A stretch of 31,599 nucleotides of DNA from a virus. This document shows, in pieces, positions 1 to 6,913 of the stretch (its first letter is position 1; each line of letters opens with the position of its first letter). Location of the stretch: positions 1-31,599 of the IMG/VR virus record IMGVR_UViG_3300045988_114300. The stretch is one strand, 5' to 3'. Both the position numbers and the translations under genes were made by a program. The notes beneath the pieces were generated by a model, which was not told the DNA's origin, did not search any database, and worked only from the letters and a program-made list of their open reading frames with translations.

Positions 1-1029
1 AGTAGGCTGTGGCTGTGGCTCTGGATTAGGCTCTGGAGTGGGTGTTGGTTCTGGAGTAGGTGGAGTCTCCGGCTCAGTTGGCTGTGGACGATTGTCACCG
101 TTACCGTTACCGCCAGAATCAGCTGCTACATAAGTCCACACACTAGAAGCTTGCTTCTCAGCTGAGTATAGCGTGATGGAATTCTTAATACGTGGATTCT
201 TGGTTGTGCGGTAGATAAGGAAGTACTGCTCACCGTTAGCCATTGCATTGTGCAGGTTCATAGTGAACATAGAGCCATTAATGGTTGGCTCGTCAACCTG
301 GACTGGCTGCCAGCCGTAAGAGTCATCAATTGCGCCGTACTCGTCCATGCGCACACGGTAGAGCTTGAATGAACCAGGTACGTAAGAGCCAGCTTCAATG
401 CTGTCTTCCAGGATGACATTGGTGAGGTTCATCTGGTTAACGTTCAGGCGGACTTTCCACTCGATTGTGTCAGCGTCTGTGTCAGCCACACCCCACTTAG
501 CGATGACCTCACCTGTGAGCACGTTAGGACGCTCAGTGTGAACTGTGAAGCTTGCAACTTGACCAGTAGAGGTCTGAACGATACGCAACTCTTCATGATC
601 TAGTCCGTTGTCTTCTCCAATCCACGTTGCAAGCCAGATTGAACCCTTGACGTTGTCCTTGCCCTCAACGTAGTTTGTAAAGGTGACATGGCATGTCTGA
701 GTGAGTGGGTTAATCTCTGCAACTGCGCAAACTTCGCCGTCTGGTGTGTATAGGTTGAAACTTGTTGCTGCGTCATCTGGGAAGCGTAAGAATGTTGGAA
801 GCTCGATGTCGAATGAATCGCCATTGTGAAGCTCCTGCCCTGTGGCATCCCAGTTTATGTTCATATAGAACTTGGAATGCAAGCCAACTGAGTTGACTGG
901 TTGCTTCTCTAAGTTAGTTACTTGGAAGCTTGTGAGCTGAACTGGTACCGTCTGAGCTTGTGCGAGTGCTGGCACAAATACCAGCGCAGCAAAGACAGCA
1001 ACAGCCAGCCATTGAAGAAGTTTCTTCAT
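1..1029 (-). CDS. LPXTG-anchored surface adhesin (MSCRAMM-like Ig-fold), N-terminal 343 codons; runs off the left edge and continues at the window end because the contig is circular
   Basis: ATG at 1027-1029 on the minus strand with RBS GAAAGG upstream. Signal peptide MKKLLQWLAVAVFAALVFVPALAQAQT. Hand translation gives TFTNYVEG (cf. the TYTFTDYVD motif of Clf/Sdr/Cna N2 domains) and WKVRLNVNQ. A Pro-rich PxP linker sits at the 5' window edge. No stop codon before position 1, and the frame matches the C-terminal piece at 31359-31599. Confidence 0.8.
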   Translation of the reverse strand, partial: MKKLLQWLAVAVFAALVFVPALAQAQTVPVQLTSFQVTNLEKQPVNSVGLHSKFYMNINWDATGQELHNGDSFDIELPTFLRFPDDAATSFNLYTPDGEVCAVAEINPLTQTCHVTFTNYVEGKDNVKGSIWLATWIGEDNGLDHEELRIVQTSTGQVASFTVHTERPNVLTGEVIAKWGVADTDADTIEWKVRLNVNQMNLTNVILEDSIEAGSYVPGSFKLYRVRMDEYGAIDDSYGWQPVQVDEPTINGSMFTMNLHNAMANGEQYFLIYRTTKNPRIKNSITLYSAEKQASSVWTYVAADSGGNGNGDNRPQPTEPETPPTPEPTPTPEPNPEPQPQPT

Positions 1030-1081
1030 GGTTTGCCTTTCTATTTGGTTGTGAAAAATAGGGAATTAAATAAATACTGAT

Positions 1082-1444
1082 TTATTGCAGAAGCTCGTGA
1101 CTTCCTGCAATCATTGCTGCGAGCGTCTCAAGCGTCATTGTGACGTATGTATCACCAAGCGTTTTCTCTCCAACGCCTTTGCGCTTGTGGACTACTAAGC
1201 CAAACTCTGCGTCTGCGTTTCCTCGCTCCACTTCAGCTTCCTTGAGCCACTTTGGAAGTTCCATACGAGTACAGTTCTTGCACTCAACTACGACTGGAAG
1301 ACCTCGAAAGAACACTCCTGCGATGTCTCCTCGGTCGTGAATGCCTGCCGTGGTTCTGCGCTCAATGCCAGCTCCTAGACGTGCTGCGAGGTATTCTGCG
1401 ACTTGACGCTCAAACGCTGTACCTTTCTGCTTTTGTTTGCTCAT
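1082..1444 (-). CDS. Holliday-junction resolvase-like PD-(D/E)XK nuclease (Hjc-type)
   Basis: 120-aa ORF. GTAFERQVAEYL ... DIAGV ... VVECK matches the E...D...E-x-K pattern of Hjc-like resolvases. Typical phage position before the late genes. Confidence 0.55.
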   Translation of the reverse strand: MSKQKQKGTAFERQVAEYLAARLGAGIERRTTAGIHDRGDIAGVFFRGLPVVVECKNCTRMELPKWLKEAEVERGNADAEFGLVVHKRKGVGEKTLGDTYVTMTLETLAAMIAGSHELLQ

Positions 1445-1896
1445 AGCAACCTCGAAAGGGCAATATCAAGAGTGTTCCATGAGCACTGAACAAGCCTGTA
1501 GTTGGTCAAGTCAACAATGTTCATTCCACAGGCAAGTGCAGCATCACGCTCAAGTCTTGCCCCCTTGGAGGTATGCCATCCAGGCAACATCACGATTGTG
1601 TCACACTCAATAAGTGCAACAACACAACGCTTCATTGCTTCTTCATAGCCAAGGCTGTCTGGGATTTGCGAAGCGGGGTTAAAGATCTGTAAAGCATCGC
1701 ATAGTTTGACAAGTTCTTCAGTAAACGCGAACAAGCCTTTATAGTTCTTTTTTTCTGTTATTTGTCCTGACAAATAGACCTTTTTGCCATTGATTATGTC
1801 GCTGAGAGCTTCACCATCGGTTAAGTACGCAACCTGTGCGAGTCTTCTAATTACTTCAGCAGCTTTATCTTGGTTATTCATGAGATCTCTTCTCAA
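1441..1896 (-). CDS. DUF4406-family protein (nucleoside 2-deoxyribosyltransferase-like fold)
   Basis: KVYLSGQITEKKNY ... CDTIVMLPGWHTSKGARLERDAALACGMNI matches the conserved YLSGPM / LPGWE.S.GA..E core of DUF4406. ATGA overlap with the downstream gene. Confidence 0.55.
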   Translation of the reverse strand: MRRDLMNNQDKAAEVIRRLAQVAYLTDGEALSDIINGKKVYLSGQITEKKNYKGLFAFTEELVKLCDALQIFNPASQIPDSLGYEEAMKRCVVALIECDTIVMLPGWHTSKGARLERDAALACGMNIVDLTNYRLVQCSWNTLDIALSRLL

Positions 1897-2098
1897 CTAG
1901 TCGTTTGTAATACCCGATTGCTGCGTCAAAATCTTTAAGACACTCGTCATACATGCTTGGGCTTGACCAAACGTCTTTTGACTTCATCAGAGCAGCGCAT
2001 CTGTATTTAGCTTCTAGGGCTTGCAGGTACATTTCATCTACAGTTGGTTTGCGCTCGGTGGTAACGGGAATGCAATAGTTCCAAGTTTTAGGCTTCAT
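1874..2098 (-). CDS. hypothetical small protein (internal start MKPKTWNY chosen to limit overlap)
   Basis: ORF 1874..2218. Its first 40 codons overlap the 2088..2453 ORF in another frame, so the internal ATG at 2096-2098 was chosen. Confidence 0.35.
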   Translation of the reverse strand: MKPKTWNYCIPVTTERKPTVDEMYLQALEAKYRCAALMKSKDVWSSPSMYDECLKDFDAAIGYYKRLVEKRSHE

Positions 2099-2453
2099 CA
2101 CGCACCACCCTTGCGCCACACATAGGACAATAAAATGGTTTTGGGTGGCAACAAACCTCTGCCATATAAAAATACCAACCGCATTTATCACATTCATACA
2201 CATGAACTGCCAATGCATTTAAAGTTGGCTCATGTGTAACTTCTTCATCTGTTACGTGACATGTGGGGTCGATAAGGTCGGCAAGCACGGTAAAAGCACT
2301 CTCACCGTCCGGGAGACACTTTTCAAGGTCTTTGAGGTAATTGAGAGTGTAGAAATATACGTCTTGTGGCTCAAAGAGCCCTGGCATAGTGCGCTCTTTG
2401 TACTTTGCTCGTAGCTTCTCTGCTACTTCTTGACGGCTAGTCATCGTTATCAC
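2088..2453 (-). CDS. hypothetical protein with C-terminal zinc-ribbon (CDKCG...CPMCG)
   Basis: 121-aa ORF in the leftward early operon with a CxxC-x17-CxxC motif. Confidence 0.5.
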   Translation of the reverse strand: MITMTSRQEVAEKLRAKYKERTMPGLFEPQDVYFYTLNYLKDLEKCLPDGESAFTVLADLIDPTCHVTDEEVTHEPTLNALAVHVYECDKCGWYFYMAEVCCHPKPFYCPMCGARVVRDEA

Positions 2454-2934
2454 CCGACATTTCGATTAAGTCGGTGAGCGTCCAAATCTTCTCAGATAGC
2501 TCCTCGCTAATATCTTCTTTGGCTAGAATGCATCTAATCTCGCTAACCAGCGATGCGATTGTTACTGGCTTTTTGTGGGTGATGTTGTTCGCAGGTTCTT
2601 TTGTATACACGGGTTCTGCGCCAGCTGCCAAAATAACCTCTGTGCTATTACCGCGCATCATGTATCCAGCGACTTCATACTTTATACCGTCGCCGATATA
2701 TACCGTATTCCCTACTCGGATAATCTCGCCGTCTTTGTCACGAGGTAGTTCAAGCATGTTAGACGTGTCGCAAAGTCCAAGAATGACGCTACATATTATG
2801 CAAAGGCTTTTGACATTTGACATTTCGTTTAGTTTTTCTTCACCTGTGAGAGCCTTAAAGAGCGTTGAGCTGGTAATGTACTCCGTGCTCTTCAACCTCT
2901 CAGCGATTTCTGCGCGCTCTTTTTTAGTTAGCAT
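2437..2934 (-). CDS. hypothetical early protein
   Basis: ORF 2437..2991. An internal start (MLTKKERAEIAERL) trims the overlap with the 2924..3685 gene. No recognisable domain. Confidence 0.4.
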   Translation of the reverse strand: MLTKKERAEIAERLKSTEYITSSTLFKALTGEEKLNEMSNVKSLCIICSVILGLCDTSNMLELPRDKDGEIIRVGNTVYIGDGIKYEVAGYMMRGNSTEVILAAGAEPVYTKEPANNITHKKPVTIASLVSEIRCILAKEDISEELSEKIWTLTDLIEMSGDNDD

Positions 2935-3685
2935 CTTTATCAGCTCCGTTAACCTTAATACCTGTGCAAATGAAGAATTTTTCCGCATCAAAATAAGGCA
3001 TCGATGTGATTGCTGCCTTGCTATCGTCGCTTAGGCTCTCCCACCAGGCTTGACGGTCTGCTTTCTCGAGGTATAAGAACCCGCCGGTAGTCTCATGCTC
3101 TGGGTGTGCTGCCTTTTCGTCGTCTGTCATATACTCGCTATATTTCCAGGTAAGACAGTCTGACGGTATACTGCAAAGCAAGCCATAAGCTCGCGATTGC
3201 CGGAAGTCACTAAAAGTAATGTCTGTTTGGTGGTCAAAAAGACGAACTGTAGGTTTGGTTGTATTACAGTAGCCGGAGTTACAGTCGCCGGAGTTCCAGT
3301 CGCCGGAGTTCCAGTTGCCGGAGTTCCAGTCGCCGGAGTTGCGGTTGCCGGAGTTGCGGTTGCCGGAGTTACAGTTGCCGGAGTTCCAGTCGCCGGAGTT
3401 ACAGAGACTACTTATTTCATCGGCAGTTAATTCACGCAGAATTTTAAGCTTGCGACCGACACTCTTATTTCCTTGCGTCTGTACTGCGCCGGTGACGTTT
3501 ACTTCGCAAATTCGGCAAGGCTTGCTGTAATAATCGTAGACGTCAACGCACTTCTTGCAGAAATGATAGCCGTTCTCGCATATCTTAACTTCACCCTCGA
3601 CAGTGTAGGTTTTGCCGACCTCGTACACAGTGTTATCGCCGTGCTTGGTCGTCATGTCTGACAAGAACGCTTTATAGCCTTTCAT
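2924..3685 (-). CDS. phage protein with Cys-rich N-terminal domain and 9 tandem pentapeptide (NSGxW/NSGNx) repeats
   Basis: 253-aa ORF. N-terminus MKGYKAFLSDMTTKHGDNTVYEVGKTYTVEGEVKICENGYHFC resembles a conserved phage N-domain (MKAYKGF...CENGFH). The central NSGDWNSGNCNSGNRNSGNRNSGDWNSGNWNSGDWNSGDCNSGYCN is encoded by a 15-bp tandem DNA repeat. Confidence 0.7.
   Translation of the reverse strand: MKGYKAFLSDMTTKHGDNTVYEVGKTYTVEGEVKICENGYHFCKKCVDVYDYYSKPCRICEVNVTGAVQTQGNKSVGRKLKILRELTADEISSLCNSGDWNSGNCNSGNRNSGNRNSGDWNSGNWNSGDWNSGDCNSGYCNTTKPTVRLFDHQTDITFSDFRQSRAYGLLCSIPSDCLTWKYSEYMTDDEKAAHPEHETTGGFLYLEKADRQAWWESLSDDSKAAITSMPYFDAEKFFICTGIKVNGADKDAN
3272..3406. repeat. about 9 near-perfect 15-bp tandem repeats (gccggagttNNNgtY) inside the CDS
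   Basis: Directly visible: gccggagttacagtc / gccggagttccagtc / gccggagttccagtt / gccggagttccagtc / gccggagttgcggtt x2 / gccggagttacagtt / gccggagttccagtc / gccggagttacagag. Confidence 0.95.
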
Positions 3686-4197
3686 TACTCACCATCTCCA
3701 AGAAGTCCGTAGATACGTTGTGGCAACTGTCCCTGGTATGCGTCTGCTACCTTGTCAGCGTCAACTCGAAGCGTAGTACCAAGCCAGGACTCAGCAACCT
3801 CACGCTTAACCATCTCGCAACCGCCTGGCAGCTCACCGTCTTGCGTTGCACACTCAAGCACCTTGTCTGGGTAAAGCGTGATAAGACGGGTCAAAGTGTC
3901 AATGCCAGAGTCTGATGTCATGATCCAATCAACAAACTCAGCAACACTCTTAACCTGTGGTACAACCTCAACCTTTGGCTTTGAGAGTCTTGCAGACACG
4001 GTACCAACCTTCTTGCCGTTCACTTTGAGGTCAAGCTTGGAAACTCCCATTTGCACGTAGAGGTTTCTCAGCTCGTCATCAAGCTGTGTGCGCAGATTGT
4101 CTGCTGCGTGTGCGTCAAGGTGCTCCTTAACCTTCTTCTGTAGAGCGGTTAAGAATGCGACTCTCTCAACTAACAGCTCACGTTCTTCTTTGTTCAT
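3685..4197 (-). CDS. Gp157-like / Gam-like early protein (N-terminal coiled coil)
   Basis: ORF 3685..4248; start assigned to MNKEERELL (4197). Coiled-coil N-terminus, GKKVGTVSARLSKPKVEV and LPGGCEMVKRE segments loosely resemble Sipho_Gp157. Weak call. Confidence 0.3.
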   Translation of the reverse strand: MNKEERELLVERVAFLTALQKKVKEHLDAHAADNLRTQLDDELRNLYVQMGVSKLDLKVNGKKVGTVSARLSKPKVEVVPQVKSVAEFVDWIMTSDSGIDTLTRLITLYPDKVLECATQDGELPGGCEMVKREVAESWLGTTLRVDADKVADAYQGQLPQRIYGLLGDGE

Positions 4198-4210
4198 AAT
4201 CAATCCTTTC

Positions 4211-4558
4211 TTAGCTGACTGAGTCAGCCAACCATCTATCCATCTCATCGCAGGTAATCATGTATCCTCGCTCTTGTCCTGCCGGCTTGATAAACTTGAG
4301 TGCTCCTGCCTTATGCTCGGCTCTGAGCATTGAGCCTGGAATACCTGAGTATTTAGAGGTTTGAGCAATCGTGTAAGCAAGCTGTGGTGGTAGTCCTGCA
4401 AGTACAGCTGCATTAAGTGAGCGAGAACCGTTGACGGTTCCCGTCTTCTCTGCGAGCTCTCTTTGAGCTTCTGCAGAAGCAATCATGAACTTCTCAAATA
4501 GCTTTGCGAGAACGCTCACGTCTGCGGTAATCTCTTTCTGCTTCGTTGATGTCATCAA
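4211..4558 (-). CDS. hypothetical early protein
   Basis: 115-aa ORF. No confident domain. Confidence 0.4.
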   Translation of the reverse strand: MMTSTKQKEITADVSVLAKLFEKFMIASAEAQRELAEKTGTVNGSRSLNAAVLAGLPPQLAYTIAQTSKYSGIPGSMLRAEHKAGALKFIKPAGQERGYMITCDEMDRWLADSVS

Positions 4559-4721
4559 TCCACCTCCAAACTGGGATAGTGATTGCTATATAGGGGAGAA
4601 GTCCTGGAATGCCACAGACTGAGAACGTGGCATAAATAAGAGCAAATAAAATGCCTGTCATAACTGAGCAGATGTAAGCTCCAACGGCAATCTTTTTGAA
4701 TTGAAGCGGTATACTCTTCAT
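4494..4721 (-). CDS. small membrane protein (two TM segments, basic C-terminal tail)
   Basis: 75 aa, hydrophobic AVGAYICSVMTGILFALIYATFSVCGIPGLLPYIAITIPVW. RBS GGAGG 7 nt upstream, embedded in the palindrome atgttca-N8-tgaacat. Confidence 0.45.
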   Translation of the reverse strand: MKSIPLQFKKIAVGAYICSVMTGILFALIYATFSVCGIPGLLPYIAITIPVWRWIDDINEAERDYRRRERSRKAI

Positions 4722-4744
4722 ATGTTCACCTCCAGATGAACATC

Positions 4745-4783
4745 GCCCTTACGCTATGCGACAGCGTGAGGGCAAACTTTTTT
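4745..4783 (+). terminator. terminator-like hairpin (11-bp stem gcccttacgct/agcgtgagggc, 7-nt loop) followed by aaacTTTTTT on the plus strand
   Basis: Seen in sequence. Its target is unclear because no plus-strand gene lies upstream. It may limit antisense transcription or be a 5'-UTR element of the leftward operon. Confidence 0.35.
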
Positions 4784-5027
4784 GATTGGGTTTTGCATAG
4801 CAACAAAGCGTCTATGCACGCTCTTCACGCTTTTGCGTGGCGGACTGTTAGGTCCTACACGGTTATCACTACGACCGCGCAACGTTATCTGGCTACCATT
4901 AGCCATTCACTTTATTTCAACAGGTACTCACCAACTCAAGAAGCTGAGCAAGTGTTGTTGTTTTCCCTGTAACGTTTTACGTCTATACGGTTTGCAAGGT
5001 ACGTGGTGCATGGGAAGTGGTTAGTCT

Positions 5028-5243
5028 TTAACACTTAATACGTGTTTTTCTACTTCCGATATCAAGCAGATAATCGGGAGTGCAGTTATAAAGCTTTGCA
5101 AGCTTCATAAGGTTTTCTGAAAGAGGAGTATTTTGACCAGATTCCCAGCGCAAAAGAGTATTTGCAGAGACACCAATCTTCTTTGCAGCTTCGTCTGCTG
5201 ACAAACCATGTCTTGCTCTTTCAGCCTTCATGTTCATTCGCAT
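5028..5243 (-). CDS. Cro-like XRE-family HTH regulator
   Basis: 71 aa. LSADEAAKKIGVSANTLLRWESGQNTP is a canonical HTH_XRE. Divergent from the cI-like gene, with RBS AAAGGAGG. Confidence 0.85.
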   Translation of the reverse strand: MRMNMKAERARHGLSADEAAKKIGVSANTLLRWESGQNTPLSENLMKLAKLYNCTPDYLLDIGSRKTRIKC

Positions 5244-5264
5244 TATGAGTACCTCCTTTCATTT

Positions 5265-5335
5265 ACACGTTTTCTGTGTATCAATGATGTAGATAATACA
5301 CACAAAATGTGTTTGATTCAACACAAAAAGTGTGT
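5265..5335. promoter_or_regulatory. genetic-switch operator cluster: three ACAC-N7-GTGT inverted repeats (5265-5279, 5298-5312, 5321-5335)
   Basis: ACACgttttctGTGT, ACACacaaaatGTGT, ACACaaaaagtGTGT lie between the divergent cro-like and cI-like genes. Centre spacing is 33 bp and 23 bp. Confidence 0.6.
5293..5321 (-). promoter_or_regulatory. candidate early leftward promoter (minus strand -35 TTGAAT, 17-bp spacer, -10 TATTAT) for the cro-like gene
   Basis: The minus-strand reading is TTGAATcaaacacattttgtgtgTATTAT. Operators O2 and O3 overlap the spacer and -35 region. Confidence 0.5.
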
Positions 5336-5369
5336 AATTATTGTGAAGACAATGCAATACGTGTAATTG
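5313..5369 (+). promoter_or_regulatory. candidate maintenance promoter(s) for cI (TTGATT-17-TAATTA and/or TTGTGA-17-TAATTG)
   Basis: Weak sigma70-like hexamers that overlap the operators. Confidence 0.3.
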
Positions 5370-5382
5370 AAAGTGAGCGATA

Positions 5383-6015
5383 ATGAAATATCAGATTGCT
5401 GAAGCACGTAAGCTTAGAGACATTACACAATCTGAATTAGCTGAGAAAATGGGAACTACCCAGCAAACAATTCAAAGATATGAGACTAATCAAGTTAATA
5501 TCCGCATGGATAAGATGATTGAGATGTCAGAGATATTGAATGTAAGTTTGGCTTATCTCCTTGGAATGTCTAGTAGTCCAGAATTATCAGAAGTTTCTGA
5601 CATGGTTCCTGTCCCACTTCTAGGTTCAATTGCTGCTGGGACTCCTATTGAGATGATTAACATTGATGAGACGTATGACATCCCAGCAGATATTCACGAC
5701 AGATACCCGCAAGCTTTTCTTTTGAAGGTTGTAGGCGATTCTATGAACCGCGTACTACCAAATGGTTGCTATGCGCTCATTAACCCTTGCCAAGAAGCGT
5801 CTAAGTCTATGAAGGCATATGCAGTGTGTGTGAATGGCTTTGACGCAACTATTAAGCGTGTGAGACCACTATCAAATGGCTACGAGCTCATACCAGACAG
5901 CATAGATCATACTTACAGACCGCAGGTGTTTGACTTCAATGAGATTGACACACAGCCCGTCTCAATCATTGGCGAGGTTGTGTGGTATTTAGTACCTTTT
6001 GGATTTGAGATTTAG
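5383..6015 (+). CDS. CI-like phage repressor (N-terminal HTH_XRE plus C-terminal S24 LexA-like peptidase)
   Basis: ITQSELAEKMGTTQQTIQRYETNQ helix-turn-helix, Ala-Gly cleavage site (SIAAGTPI), catalytic Ser in VGDSMN, Lys in TIKRV. Confidence 0.9.
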   Translation: MKYQIAEARKLRDITQSELAEKMGTTQQTIQRYETNQVNIRMDKMIEMSEILNVSLAYLLGMSSSPELSEVSDMVPVPLLGSIAAGTPIEMINIDETYDIPADIHDRYPQAFLLKVVGDSMNRVLPNGCYALINPCQEASKSMKAYAVCVNGFDATIKRVRPLSNGYELIPDSIDHTYRPQVFDFNEIDTQPVSIIGEVVWYLVPFGFEI

Positions 6016-6046
6016 GAGTAAGTTCAACATATAAAGGTTTAAGGAA

Positions 6047-6835
6047 TTGGAAAGGTTTAGAGAAATGGCTGTTTATCAAGACAAAGCGAGAGACCGCATC
6101 AAAAAAGGTTTGAGACGCATGACAACAATTGTCGAAAAGGGACGCGCTGAAGACTTCAAAGAAGCTGACACTCGTAAAATTGTCTCAGACATTCTGTGCG
6201 AGTACCTTGGTTGGGATAGATTTGACAATGTCACAGCTGAACAGATGATTGGCTCCCGCTTTGCTGACTATGTTGTTCGCACATCAGATGAAGAGGTATT
6301 TGTCGTTGAGGTTAAGCAAATTGGGCTTAAGCTCAAGGAAACACACCTTAATCAAGCGCGTCAATATGCTGTTGATGAGGGTATTGACTGGATTATTCTT
6401 ACCAACGGTGATGACTGGCAAGTCTATCGCACTAAGCTCGAAGGCAAAATCCCTGTCACAAAGCTAGTATTCAGAGTCACTATTTCCGACAAGGAAACAG
6501 CTCCAGCACAGAAAGCAGAGCTGCTTTACCTGCTCTCTGAAGAAGCGCATCGTAAGAATGAGATTGATGACTATTATCAGAGACGCATTGCTCTTTCTGG
6601 AGAGAACCTTGCAGATCATATCATCTCAACCGAAGTCATTAATAAGCTGCGAGTTGCTATCAAGAACACCACAGGGCAGAACCTGAAGAATTCAGAAATC
6701 GCAGAAGCTCTTGTAGCACGCTTATTCTTGCCTGAAAAGGTGACAGATGACAGTCGTAAGGCAATCGCAAAAATGAAAAAAGATGAGCGTAAGAAGCCTG
6801 TAGCAAAGACAAAAGCTGCGTCTGAGGAAGAGTAG
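6047..6835 (+). CDS. HsdR-N-like (type I restriction enzyme R N-terminal / Mrr-like) PD-(D/E)XK nuclease-domain protein with charged C-terminal tail
   Basis: ILCEYLGW ... RFADYVV ... VFVVEVKQ ... QARQYA ... WIILTNGDDWQVY matches the HSDR_N motif series (E..D-YVL..-VEAK..Q-Y..ILTNG-W-Y). Co-oriented with cI, so presumably expressed in lysogens. Confidence 0.6.
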   Translation: MERFREMAVYQDKARDRIKKGLRRMTTIVEKGRAEDFKEADTRKIVSDILCEYLGWDRFDNVTAEQMIGSRFADYVVRTSDEEVFVVEVKQIGLKLKETHLNQARQYAVDEGIDWIILTNGDDWQVYRTKLEGKIPVTKLVFRVTISDKETAPAQKAELLYLLSEEAHRKNEIDDYYQRRIALSGENLADHIISTEVINKLRVAIKNTTGQNLKNSEIAEALVARLFLPEKVTDDSRKAIAKMKKDERKKPVAKTKAASEEE

Positions 6836-6841
6836 TAAAAC

Positions 6842-6881
6842 AAAAAAAGCCCTCTGAGTCCGCCAAGACAAATCAGAGGGC
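6842..6881 (-). terminator. hairpin (9-bp GC-rich stem gccctctga/tcagagggc, 15-nt loop) with a U-tract on the minus-strand transcript
   Basis: Plus strand reads AAAAAAA-gccctctga-N15-tcagagggc. The T-run is present only for leftward transcription, and the long loop lowers confidence. Confidence 0.35.
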
Positions 6882-6913
6882 AACCTCCATCTCGTTAGGA
6901 AGGTATATACATT

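Noticed and set aside
600-848. 82-aa minus-strand ORF and plus-strand ORFs 1140..1446
   Set aside because: Nested in other frames of the adhesin and resolvase genes. No independent signals.
3272-3406. 15-bp direct repeats as a CRISPR-like array
   Set aside because: The repeats are perfectly tandem with no spacers. They are in frame inside a long ORF and encode pentapeptide repeats.
4736-5024. Plus-strand ORFs 4736..4972 and 4782..5024 in the cro-downstream gap
   Set aside because: Opposite to the orientation of all flanking genes. No RBS. They overlap palindromic and structured non-coding sequence.
4722-5027. Possible tRNA (for example an amber suppressor) or integration-target fragment in the large non-coding gap
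   Set aside because: No GTTCRAnYC-type T-loop, 7-bp acceptor pairing or cloverleaf could be found by eye on either strand. The same is true of the attP region 8021-8330.
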